64,000 nucleotides of DNA from IMG/VR virus record IMGVR_UViG_3300029705_000031. The stretch is one strand, 5' to 3'. This DNA comes from a virus. Its lineage: Duplodnaviria > Heunggongvirae > Uroviricota > Caudoviricetes. The translations under genes were made by a program, and so were the position numbers. Position 1 is the first letter of the stretch. Each line of letters opens with the position of its first letter. Positions 30,762 through 39,727 of the stretch are shown here, one piece after another. Under the pieces are notes generated by a model. It ran no database searches. It was not told the DNA's origin and was given only the letters and a program-made list of their open reading frames with translations.

Positions 30762-31185
30762 AAAATTTTTTAGTATAGCTAGAAAAGCAGCTGAGATGTC
30801 AAATTTTTATAGATGTCATACTGGTTGCGTAATAGTTTATAAAGGTGATATTATTTCATCTGGTTATAATCAAAATAAAACTCATCCCTTGCAAAAAGTC
30901 TATAACAAAGAAAGATATGAAGAAGATAGTACACCTCATTATATGCATGCTGAGATACATGCATTATCTAGTGTAATTAATGATACTTCTATTAATTGGA
31001 AGAAAGTACATATCTATTTATATCGTATTAGTAAGAAAAATGTATATGCTTTAGCTAGACCTTGCCCTGCATGTATGAAATTGATACATCATTTAGGCAT
31101 TAGACATATACATTACACTACTAATAATGGTTATGCTCATGAAATATTGAATGAGAGAGGAATTGAGAATGAAATTTGTATCTAA
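30739..31185 (+). CDS. dCMP (deoxycytidylate) deaminase
   Basis: zinc-binding cytidine/dCMP deaminase motifs HAEIHAL and PCPACMKLI; 148 aa. Confidence 0.8.
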   Translation: MYTGSANEKFFSIARKAAEMSNFYRCHTGCVIVYKGDIISSGYNQNKTHPLQKVYNKERYEEDSTPHYMHAEIHALSSVINDTSINWKKVHIYLYRISKKNVYALARPCPACMKLIHHLGIRHIHYTTNNGYAHEILNERGIENEICI

Positions 31186-31366
31186 AGAAAAGTTATCTAA
31201 GAAGAAACAAAAGGAACTAAACAAACAACATAGAAATTTTTGGTTGATAAATCCTATTACTAGAACTCCTAAAAATCCCAAAGCTTATGATAGAAACAAA
31301 GAAAAGAATTGGATGAAGAGTCTTGATGACTCTTGATATAGAAAGGTTTATTAAGCGATTTAAGAG

Positions 31367-31561
31367 ATGAATAACTTTAAGGTTAAGGAAATGCAGAATA
31401 TTCTTAGAAATAATGGTTATGCAAAGAAAAGACATCGTGGATCTCATGAAATCTGGTATAATGATGATAAAAATGATACTGTAGTTATTACTAATCGTAA
31501 GAAAGGTGTTAATTACTTTACAGCAACTAAAATGATGAAAGAACATTGTATTGTAAGATAA
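31367..31561 (+). CDS. hicA: HicA-like mRNA interferase toxin homologue
   Basis: 64 aa; LRNNGYAKKRHRGSHEIW...VVITNRKKGVNYFTATKMMKE matches HicA GFxxxRxxGSHxxW...V consensus. Confidence 0.55.
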   Translation: MNNFKVKEMQNILRNNGYAKKRHRGSHEIWYNDDKNDTVVITNRKKGVNYFTATKMMKEHCIVR

Positions 31562-31568
31562 AAATTAT

Positions 31569-31604
31569 AGAGGATTTCTTTTATAAGAAATCCTCTTTTT
31601 TTTA
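31569..31604 (+). terminator. rho-independent terminator
   Basis: agaggatttctt / aagaaatcctct + T8. Confidence 0.7.
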
Positions 31605-31676
31605 TTGGTTAAAATAGGTTTCAAATATATATAATAAAACTAGAATACTTTATAAAAGAAAGGAGTTTGTAGTTTT

Positions 31677-32153
31677 ATGCAATATACTTTTAAATTAGAA
31701 ATCTATACTGATAGTGATTTTAGTTTTCCATACATTCCTATTGGAATGAAATATGGCATTGAATGTTATTCTTTAGAAAAAGACTTTAAAAATAAAGAAG
31801 CTGCAGTTAAGTACATTAAGGATATTTCTGAATTTCTTAAAACACATATTACTGGAGATAAATATGCTATAGAATCTTTTAAGTCAATGTTAGAAAGATT
31901 TTGTAAAAATTTAGAAGATAAACCAAATAACCATTTTCATTCTTGTGTTGATTACATGGGAGGAAATTATGAAGGAACTAGTATTAGTTTAGAACAAACT
32001 TTAAACAAAGTCTATATTACAGAACTTTTCTTAACTGATGAAGAATATGATTTGTATAAAAGTGCAAAATACTTATCTTTAGGTGATATTAAAGATGCGG
32101 TTTTAGAAAAATGTAAAGAGATAAAGGAGAAGTATAAACATGTCAACTACTAA
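31677..32153 (+). CDS. hypothetical protein (158 aa), possible HicB-like partner (N-terminus MQYTFKLEIYTDSDFSFPYIPIG resembles HicB M-x-Y-x-x-x-L...DG-x-Y-x-x-x-FPDIPG)
   Basis: weak motif resemblance only; separated from hicA by a terminator. Confidence 0.3.
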   Translation: MQYTFKLEIYTDSDFSFPYIPIGMKYGIECYSLEKDFKNKEAAVKYIKDISEFLKTHITGDKYAIESFKSMLERFCKNLEDKPNNHFHSCVDYMGGNYEGTSISLEQTLNKVYITELFLTDEEYDLYKSAKYLSLGDIKDAVLEKCKEIKEKYKHVNY

Positions 32154-32334
32154 TAAATGGAAAGTGACAGGTTATTATGGTTTCTCAGATTATGATGGTC
32201 CTGAAGATGATAACATTAATCTTATAATGGAAATGGATAAATCTGTAACAAAAGAAGAATTAGAGTATTTATTATTCAAACGATATGAAAAATATAGATG
32301 TGTCGTATTAAAAACTAAAAAGGAGGAAATATAA
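32140..32334 (+). CDS. small hypothetical protein (64 aa)
   Basis: ORF overlapping neighbours, GGAGG RBS for next gene inside it. Confidence 0.35.
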   Translation: MSTTNKWKVTGYYGFSDYDGPEDDNINLIMEMDKSVTKEELEYLLFKRYEKYRCVVLKTKKEEI

Positions 32335-32336
32335 AA

Positions 32337-33866
32337 ATGGCGACTAAAAAGAATCTAACATATAACGAAGATAGTATTAAAGTCCAAGAATATCCTGATA
32401 ATGTAAGATCTAATCCTACAGTCTATATCAGTAGTCTTGGTAAAGAAGGTAATACGCATCTACTAAGAGAAGTAATTGATAACTCTATTGATGAATTCCT
32501 AAATGGTTTTGGTAAAACAATTACAATTGAAATTTCCAATAAAAAAGGTGTATTTAGAGTAATTGATGAAGGTCGTGGTGTTCCTCCTAAATCTATTGAA
32601 AGAGCATTTACTACATTACATGCTTCAGGTAAATTCGATAAAGATAGTTATAGCACATCAGGTGGTCAGCATGGTCTTGGTAGTACATGTGTTAATGCAC
32701 TTAGTAAGTATTTCCTTGTCATTACACATGAAGGTGGTCATGAATACTCTCAAAGATTTGAATATGGTAAGAAAGTAACTGAACTAAAAGATTTAGGAAA
32801 GTCTGATAAGGTAGGTACTATTGTAGAGTTTTGTCCTGATGAATCTGTAATGGATACATTTGAGATTGACATTGAATCAGTCAAAGATGAATGTAAGATG
32901 AAGTCTTTTATCAATAAAGGACTTACTATCATTATTAAGGACATGGATGAAAAGAAACAGGCTAAGTATTATCATAAAGATGGTATTGAGGAATACGTAC
33001 AGTTAAATGCTAAGAAAGCTCTATTTAATCCTATTACATTCTCTACATCAACTACTGTTAACAAGGCTAATAAAGAATTGAATGTAGAAATCGATTGTTC
33101 CTTTACTTATGATAACTCTACTGATCCTATCAATATTAAATCCTTCTGTAATTCCATTTATACTAGTGATGGCGGTACTCATGAAACTGGTTTTAAAACA
33201 GCTCTTACTAGTTTGATTAAAAAGTATATTGCTGATAATAACCTACTAACTAAAAAAGATGCAAATCTAGACATTACTGGTGATTCAGTTCAGGAAGGTG
33301 TAGTAGCAGTAGTATCTATCAAACATCCTCATCCGATGTATGATCAGCAGTCTAAGAAAAAGCTTAACTCTACAGAAGTTTCTGGTGCAGTAATGAAAGC
33401 AGTTAATGCAGAATTTAGTAAGTGGATTGAAACCCATGCTAAAGAAATGAAAGTACTTTGTACTAAAGTAATTGAATCTGCAAAGGCTAACAGTGCTGCT
33501 AAGAGAGCTAAAGAACTAGCTAATAAGAAATCTGAAAATGGAATTACTGCTGTTTCTGATCTATCAAAATTAGCTAACTGTATTTCTAAGAAACCTGAAG
33601 AATGTGAACTGTTTGTAGTTGAGGGTAATTCTGCAAGTTCAAGTGCTAGAAATGGTAGAGATAAGCAAACTCAGGCTGTTTATGCTCTAAGAGGTAAGAT
33701 TCTCAATACTAACAATCTAGCTGAAACTAAGATTTTTGAAAATAAGGAACTATCAGATTTGATTTATATCTTAACTGGTAAGAAAACTGCAATTGGTAAG
33801 AATTTCAATGTTGAAGACATGAAGTATCATAAACTGGTAGCCTTGACTGATGCTGACGATGACGGT
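32337..33866 (+). CDS. type IIA DNA topoisomerase ATPase subunit (GyrB/T4 gp39-like), exon 1 (GHKL ATPase + transducer + first half of Toprim, ends ...LTDADDDG)
   Basis: GHKL motifs EVIDNSIDE, IDEGRGVP, GGQHGLGSTCVNALS; Toprim VEGNSASSSARNGRDKQTQAVYALRGKILN; ORF stops 3 codons after DADDDG where GyrB continues SHIRTLLLTFFYR. Confidence 0.85.
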
Positions 33867-35157
33867 AAATGACACATTAAGTCTGCATCAGTGAGAAATT
33901 TTCTAACAATACATTAGTATTAATGTTAGGAGGTTTCATTCAAATGAAAAATGAAAAAGAAACTAAAGAAAGATATGCTTCTGGTATTGAAAATTGTAAA
34001 AAACAAGCTCAAAATCTTAAACAAAAAGCATCTGAAAAATTTTTAAGTAAAGTTTACGAACAAGTTGGTGATGATTATACTTTTCTGGAAACTTATGTAA
34101 CGAGTAAAACTAAACTCTGGGTAATACATAATGTTTGTGGACATAAGTATAGAGTAACTCCAAATGAGTTTACTTCTCATAAAAGACGTTGTCCAAACTG
34201 TGCAAATAAAAAAAGAGTACTTAATACTGGAATAAAACCTCATACATTAGAATCTATTATTGAAAGTGTAAAAGAATTATCTAATGACGAATATGAGGTA
34301 GTTAGTAATGAGTATGAAAATAATAAAGAAAAAATTTGGGTTAGACATAAAACATGTAGTTATTCATACCTTGTTCGTTATAATGACTTTCAGCAAGGAT
34401 ATAGATGTCCTTTATGTGCTGACATGAATAAAAGTCAGAATAATTCTAAACCAATACAGGATATTAAAAGTGTTCTAGATTTTAATAAAATTGAGTATGA
34501 ATCAGAAGTGTCATTTGAAGAATGTGTAGACAAACGTTTTCTTCCATTTGATATATTGGTTTATACTGATAAAGTCAATGATGAATACTTTTTAATTGAG
34601 TATGATGGACAACAACATTCTGATCCTAATGCACAATTTGGAGGAACTAAAGAAGAAAGACTTATTAGATTTGAGCTAACTCAAAAACATGACACTATAA
34701 AAAATGCTTTTTGTGAAGAAAACAGTATAAAACTTTATAGAATTTCTTATAAAGAAGATTTGATGAGCAAACTAAGAAGTATATTGGAAGAAAATAATCT
34801 AATTTGACTTGCAGTGAATGCCGTCTAAAAACCTAGTTAACTGCGGGAAACTATCAATAAACACTATTTACTAAACTAAGATAGTAATATACTTAGTGGC
34901 AATGGGTAACTCCAAAGATATAGTAAAAAGAATAGTGTTTGATACAATCGACGCAACGAAGTATCCTACATTTAGTAAAAGATAGGATATGAGTTCAACG
35001 ACTATCGAAACCAACTAACTTAATGTTAGTAATAAGGTAAGTTGAAATACTTACACGAAGGGAGTAGAGTAGGGAAATGTAAATTACAAAGTACCGAAAA
35101 GCTAGGCTATACTAATTTAGTATAGAAAATATAGTCTAAATTATGCAAAGTAATTTG
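33867..35157 (+). mobile_element. group I self-splicing intron (ORF in P1 loop) interrupting the GyrB-like gene inside the Toprim DxDxD motif
   Basis: IGS gccgtc (34818..34823) complementary to exon end gacggu with U.G at the splice site; P-like element aactgcgggaaa (34840..34851); R element gttcaacgactatcgaaacc (34993..35012); S element aaaatatagtc (35127..35137) giving P7 gacta/tagtc; omega-G 35157; exon 2 restores ...HIASLILGFVYRH. Confidence 0.8.
33923..34807 (+). CDS. intron-encoded putative homing endonuclease: three CxxH/CxxC zinc-finger-like repeats + C-terminal Vsr/DUF559-like (EDxHD-type PD-(D/E)xK) nuclease domain
   Basis: repeats CGHKYRVTPNEFTSHKRRCPNCA, CSYSYLVRYNDFQQGYRCPLCA; C-terminal FDILVYTD...LIEYDGQQHSD...RLIRF pattern typical of Vsr-like nucleases; AGGAGG RBS. 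Confidence 0.5.
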   Translation: MLGGFIQMKNEKETKERYASGIENCKKQAQNLKQKASEKFLSKVYEQVGDDYTFLETYVTSKTKLWVIHNVCGHKYRVTPNEFTSHKRRCPNCANKKRVLNTGIKPHTLESIIESVKELSNDEYEVVSNEYENNKEKIWVRHKTCSYSYLVRYNDFQQGYRCPLCADMNKSQNNSKPIQDIKSVLDFNKIEYESEVSFEECVDKRFLPFDILVYTDKVNDEYFLIEYDGQQHSDPNAQFGGTKEERLIRFELTQKHDTIKNAFCEENSIKLYRISYKEDLMSKLRSILEENNLI

Positions 35158-35982
35158 CTTCACATTGCAAGCCTTATCTTAGGATTTGTATATAGACATG
35201 CTAAACCCATTTTGGAAAAAGGTTACATGTATATTGCAATGCCTCCTCTTTATTCTATCATTGAAAGAAATAAGAAACGTTATTTCTTAAATCAAGAGGA
35301 ATATGATGCATATATTGAGGAAAAGATTTTTGAAAACTATGTATTTAGTTGTAATGAGATAGGTTTAAATAAGACTAAAGCTAAAACCATTCTTAAGAAT
35401 TTTGAAACTTACAAAAACAAAGTAAGTGAACTATCTACTAGTACAGGTATCAATATGTATTTAATTGATGATGTATGTGATTATTTACGTACTAATGAAA
35501 ATGCAACAAGTAAGGATATTGTGAATTTATTAAAACAGATTGGTGATTTTGAATTCTTTAAGAATGATGAAGGAAATTCTGAGATTAATGGTCTTTATGA
35601 TAATAGCTTTGTAAATGCAGTAATTAAGGATTTAGTAAAGTCTGCTAAAAAAGCTAAGAAGATTCTAGAAGATCTTAGTATTCCTGAAGAAGTATTCATC
35701 AATGATTATCATCTATCAATTAAGAACTATCAAGACATGTATAACAAGGTTACACCTAAGTCCAGAAGTCGATTCAAAGGCTTGGGAGAAATGGATGCTA
35801 ATGAACTTTGGGAAACTACTCTTGATCCTTCAGTTAGAAACATTATGCAAGTTGTACTATCAGATGAAGAAAAGACAGATGATACTATGGATACACTACT
35901 AAATTCTAATAGTAAGTATGCAGACAAACGTAAAGTATTCTTAATGAAAAATCAGCAAAAGATTAAGGAATTAGAAATCTAA
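35158..35982 (+). CDS. type IIA topoisomerase ATPase subunit (GyrB-like), exon 2 (rest of Toprim and C-terminal domain)
   Basis: HIASLILGFVYRHAKPILEKGYMYIAMPPLY aligns with GyrB HIRTLLLTFFYRxMxxLIExGxVYIAQPPLY; exact 3' splice site +/- a few nt. Confidence 0.8.
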   Translation, partial: LHIASLILGFVYRHAKPILEKGYMYIAMPPLYSIIERNKKRYFLNQEEYDAYIEEKIFENYVFSCNEIGLNKTKAKTILKNFETYKNKVSELSTSTGINMYLIDDVCDYLRTNENATSKDIVNLLKQIGDFEFFKNDEGNSEINGLYDNSFVNAVIKDLVKSAKKAKKILEDLSIPEEVFINDYHLSIKNYQDMYNKVTPKSRSRFKGLGEMDANELWETTLDPSVRNIMQVVLSDEEKTDDTMDTLLNSNSKYADKRKVFLMKNQQKIKELEI

Positions 35983-35991
35983 CTAATACAA

Positions 35992-36027
35992 AAAGAAAGT
36001 ATCTTATTTTAGATACTTTCTTTTTTT
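35992..36027 (+). terminator. rho-independent terminator
   Basis: aaagaaagtatct / agatactttcttt + T-run. Confidence 0.7.
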
Positions 36028-36089
36028 GTTTTAATAGGATTTATAACATTTCTATAATGAAAACTATTTTTAAGGAGTGAAATTACTAT

Positions 36090-36440
36090 ATGGCACAAGT
36101 TACTATAGATGCAACTCAGGATTACAAAGTTACTGACATTAGAAAAAACGTCAATAATAAGTATGATACTACTATTAAGATGCTTAAGAAGTGGACTATG
36201 GAAAACTTCTATTTCAATAACAATGTAGTTCATTATCTACATCCAGAAGCAGCTTACACTACTCAGATTGATAAATCCATTAGATGTAATGAGGTTGTTT
36301 ATAAGAAGTCTGAATTCGATACCCCTCTGTCTCATATGATGTACATGTTCATTGTTATTGGTAAAACAATGGAAGAAGATGAGAGAATTGAAGCTATTGA
36401 TGCTTTATGTAAGTCAGTTGAGGATGACTCTGTTGTTTGA
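36090..36440 (+). CDS. hypothetical protein (116 aa)
   Basis: ORF with AAGGAG RBS. Confidence 0.45.
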   Translation: MAQVTIDATQDYKVTDIRKNVNNKYDTTIKMLKKWTMENFYFNNNVVHYLHPEAAYTTQIDKSIRCNEVVYKKSEFDTPLSHMMYMFIVIGKTMEEDERIEAIDALCKSVEDDSVV

Positions 36441-36569
36441 CTACCAATGTTTAGAAAGAATCTAGGTTCAGGAAAACAAAGAAAATTTTGGTAATTTTCT
36501 AACTTTCTTTTTAACTATATATAATAAACCTGTCATAAAAATCAAACATTTTTAAGGAGGACATTAGTT

Positions 36570-37007
36570 ATGTATAGTTTTGGTAAGGAAGTAAGAGATC
36601 TAAAAGAAGCAGAAAAAGTTACGATTGATCTAATTGAAAATGGTAAGTTTAATGAATTTTTAGAAAAAACAAACATTGACAAAGACTTTTTAATTAGTAA
36701 GATTGAAGTGGCAGAATGTTTTACATTAGGAATTGACTATGATATCTGTCTAGAAGATTGCTTTAATCCAGAAACTCAGCAGTCGATTATTGATGAAATC
36801 AAACAGCGAGAAGGCTATGCTGACAATTCTTTAATTGTTGGAGATTGTTCTGTATATCTAGAAGATTCTGATAAGATGCTTTTTGGTTATTTCCTATGTA
36901 GTGATGTTTTCTCTAATACCAATACTGATAGCATGCTTCTACTATCTGTAGGTTTTGCTCTAGGAGAAGATATTGCCAATGCAACTAAGCAGTTTGTAAC
37001 TTTATAA
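36570..37007 (+). CDS. hypothetical protein (145 aa)
   Basis: ORF with AAGGAGG RBS. Confidence 0.45.
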   Translation: MYSFGKEVRDLKEAEKVTIDLIENGKFNEFLEKTNIDKDFLISKIEVAECFTLGIDYDICLEDCFNPETQQSIIDEIKQREGYADNSLIVGDCSVYLEDSDKMLFGYFLCSDVFSNTNTDSMLLLSVGFALGEDIANATKQFVTL

Positions 37008-37016
37008 AAACACTAA

Positions 37017-37056
37017 AAAGAGGATGTTTTATTCATTAAAACATCCTCTTTATTTT
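37017..37056 (+). terminator. rho-independent terminator
   Basis: aaagaggatgtttt / aaaacatcctcttt. Confidence 0.65.
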
Positions 37057-37076
37057 GTTTTAGAGGAGAGTTAATC

Positions 37077-37334
37077 ATGGAAAGCTTAAAGAATGTAATA
37101 GAAAATGAGCATATTTTTATAGTAGAAGTTGAAGAAGTTTTACAAAAGTTAGTTGCTATTAAAGCAGATAGTAAAGAAGAAGCATTAAAAAGAGCTAAAG
37201 AAAAATACAAAAATTGTGAACTTATCTTAAATGAAGAGGATTTTAAAGAAACTAGCTTTAAGATTTATGAATACAATGATCCTAGAGAAATCATAGAACT
37301 AGTAATCACAGCTTTAGCTAATAGAACTTGTTAG
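37077..37334 (+). CDS. hypothetical protein (85 aa)
   Basis: ORF with GGAGAG RBS. Confidence 0.4.
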   Translation: MESLKNVIENEHIFIVEVEEVLQKLVAIKADSKEEALKRAKEKYKNCELILNEEDFKETSFKIYEYNDPREIIELVITALANRTC

Positions 37335-38377
37335 AAAGGACTAATGATGAAATGACTATTGAAGAAATCAAAAATATGGTTAATGGTGAATCATACGATT
37401 TTCTAAGAACTAATCCACATCTTAAGGATAGAATCATTTTTCTTACATTAGGTGGTAGCTATGCCTATGGTACAAATAATGAAAATTCAGATGTAGATGT
37501 TCGTGGTTGTGCTCTTAATAGTGTTAATGATATCCTCGGTATGTCAAATTTTGAACAGGTAGTAAATACAACAACAGATACGACAATCTATAGTTTTAAT
37601 AAATTGATTAAACTCTTAATCAGCTGCAATCCTAACACCATTGAATTACTTGGTTGTAAACCAGAACACTATTTTTACATTACAGATATTGGTAAAGAAC
37701 TAATAGACAATAGAAAAATTTTTCTTTCTAAAAAAGCAGTTGAGGATTCTTTTGGTGGATATGCAACTCAGCAGCTTCGTCGTTTAGAAAATGCAATAGC
37801 TAGAGATAAACTATCACAGGAAGATAATGAAAGACACATTAGAAATTCCATGCAAAGATCTTTAAATCACTTTATTGATAAATATGGAATTTCTGATGGT
37901 AATGGTGTTGAACTCTTTATAGATAAAAGTAATCGTGATGATTTAGATTGTGAAATTTTCTGTAAGATTTACCTTGACAAAATTCCAGCAAGAGATTTTA
38001 CTGTTATGTTAAACTCTCTATCAAATGTAATTAGTAGTTATGGAAAACTAAATCATAGAAATCATAAGAAAGATGATGCACATCTTAATAAACATGCAAT
38101 GCATCTAATTAGACTGTATCTAATGGCTATTGACATTCTAGAAAAAGAAGAGATCAATACTTATAGAGAAAATGATATAGAATTTCTATTAAGTATTCGT
38201 AATGGAAGATATCAAAATGAAGATGGTACTTACCATAAAGATTTCTTTGATATTGTATCTGATTATGAAAAACGTTTAGTATATGCTAAAGAAAATTCTA
38301 GTCTTCCTATGGAGCCAAATATGGAACTTATTGAAGAATTTACAATAGATGTAAATAGGAGGTCATTAGATGTATAA
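37328..38377 (+). CDS. Pol-beta-superfamily nucleotidyltransferase (349 aa), translationally coupled to CCA-adding enzyme
   Basis: hG[GS]x9-13Dh[DE]h signature LGGSYAYGTNNENSDVDVRG near N-terminus; 8-nt overlap with next gene. Confidence 0.5.
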   Translation: MLERTNDEMTIEEIKNMVNGESYDFLRTNPHLKDRIIFLTLGGSYAYGTNNENSDVDVRGCALNSVNDILGMSNFEQVVNTTTDTTIYSFNKLIKLLISCNPNTIELLGCKPEHYFYITDIGKELIDNRKIFLSKKAVEDSFGGYATQQLRRLENAIARDKLSQEDNERHIRNSMQRSLNHFIDKYGISDGNGVELFIDKSNRDDLDCEIFCKIYLDKIPARDFTVMLNSLSNVISSYGKLNHRNHKKDDAHLNKHAMHLIRLYLMAIDILEKEEINTYRENDIEFLLSIRNGRYQNEDGTYHKDFFDIVSDYEKRLVYAKENSSLPMEPNMELIEEFTIDVNRRSLDV

Positions 38378-39713
38378 TGTCTCTTTCAATATTCCAGATA
38401 ATGTGAATGTTATCTTAGATACTTTACATGATAATGGATATGAAGCATATATAGTCGGTGGATGTGTTAGAGATAGTCTGTTAGGATTACAACCAAAAGA
38501 TTGGGATATTTGTACTTCAGCACTTCCACCACAAATACTAGAAGTTTTTAATGATAAGCGTATAATTGAAACAGGTTTAAAACATGGAACAGTTACTATA
38601 GTTCTAGATGACGAACAGTATGAGATTACAACATATCGTACTGATGGAAACTATTCTGATAATCGACATCCAGATTCAGTAACATTTGTTAGTAACCTTA
38701 AAGAAGATCTTGCAAGAAGAGATTTTACTATAAACGCTATGGCTTATAACAAACAAGATGGTTTGATTGACTATTTTAATGGTTATAAGGATTTAAAGAA
38801 TGGTATAATTTCTTGTGTTGGAGATGCTAATGAACGTTTTAATGAAGATGCGTTACGTATTATGAGAGCTTTACGTTTTTCTTCTAGATATGAAATTCCA
38901 ATTGCAGAATCCACACAAGAAGCTATTCATAAAAATAAGGATTTACTTAAAAATATTGCCATTGAACGCATTAATAGCGAATTATGTAAATTGTTACTTG
39001 GTTATGGTGGATCCTATATTTTAGCAAACTATAAAGATGTGATTACAACTATTATTCCAGAATTAAAACCTTGTATTGGATTTAATCAAAATAATCGTTA
39101 TCATGAATACGATGTTTATGATCATATCAGACATGCAGTATACAATTATGGAGGTTCGGATTTAGTAGTAATTATATCACTCTTACTTCATGATATTGGC
39201 AAACCTCATTGTTATACTGAAGACTGTAACGGAGGACATTTTTATGGTCATGGAGTAGTAAGTCATGATATAGCAGAGAAAGTATTAGACAATTTAAGAT
39301 TTGATAATAAAACAAAACATGATGTTCTTGAATTAGTATTATACCATGATTCAACTATTGAACCAACACCAAAAACAGTACGTAGATGGTTAAATAAAAT
39401 TGGTGAAAAACAATTTTTAAGACTTCTTGATATTCGTGAAGCAGATATGTTAGCACACTCCAAAGATACACAGAAGTCTAGATTAGAAAGAAATGATAAA
39501 CTTAGAAAAATTTTAGCTGAAATAATCCAATCTAATCAATGTTTTACTATAAAGGACTTAGCAATTAATGGTAAAGACATTATTGCTATGGGTGTACCTG
39601 AAGGTAAACGTATAGGTGAAATACTAAATACAGTCCTTAATGAAGTTATTAATGAAACTATTGTAAATGAAAGAAAATTTTTATTAGATTACGTATATTA
39701 TAATCTAGTATAG
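38370..39713 (+). CDS. cca: tRNA nucleotidyltransferase (CCA-adding enzyme/poly(A) polymerase family) with HD domain
   Basis: IVGGCVRDSLLGLQPKDWDICT, RRDFTINAMAY head-domain motifs and LLLHDIGKP HD motif. Confidence 0.8.
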   Translation: MYNVSFNIPDNVNVILDTLHDNGYEAYIVGGCVRDSLLGLQPKDWDICTSALPPQILEVFNDKRIIETGLKHGTVTIVLDDEQYEITTYRTDGNYSDNRHPDSVTFVSNLKEDLARRDFTINAMAYNKQDGLIDYFNGYKDLKNGIISCVGDANERFNEDALRIMRALRFSSRYEIPIAESTQEAIHKNKDLLKNIAIERINSELCKLLLGYGGSYILANYKDVITTIIPELKPCIGFNQNNRYHEYDVYDHIRHAVYNYGGSDLVVIISLLLHDIGKPHCYTEDCNGGHFYGHGVVSHDIAEKVLDNLRFDNKTKHDVLELVLYHDSTIEPTPKTVRRWLNKIGEKQFLRLLDIREADMLAHSKDTQKSRLERNDKLRKILAEIIQSNQCFTIKDLAINGKDIIAMGVPEGKRIGEILNTVLNEVINETIVNERKFLLDYVYYNLV

Positions 39714-39727
39714 AAGGAGAACACATA

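Noticed and set aside
31151-31336. 61-aa highly basic ORF overlapping the last 35 nt of the dCMP deaminase gene
   Set aside because: Different frame inside a confident gene end, no clear RBS for the first ATG; kept only as a possibility if started at ATG 31169 (weak GAGAGGA RBS)
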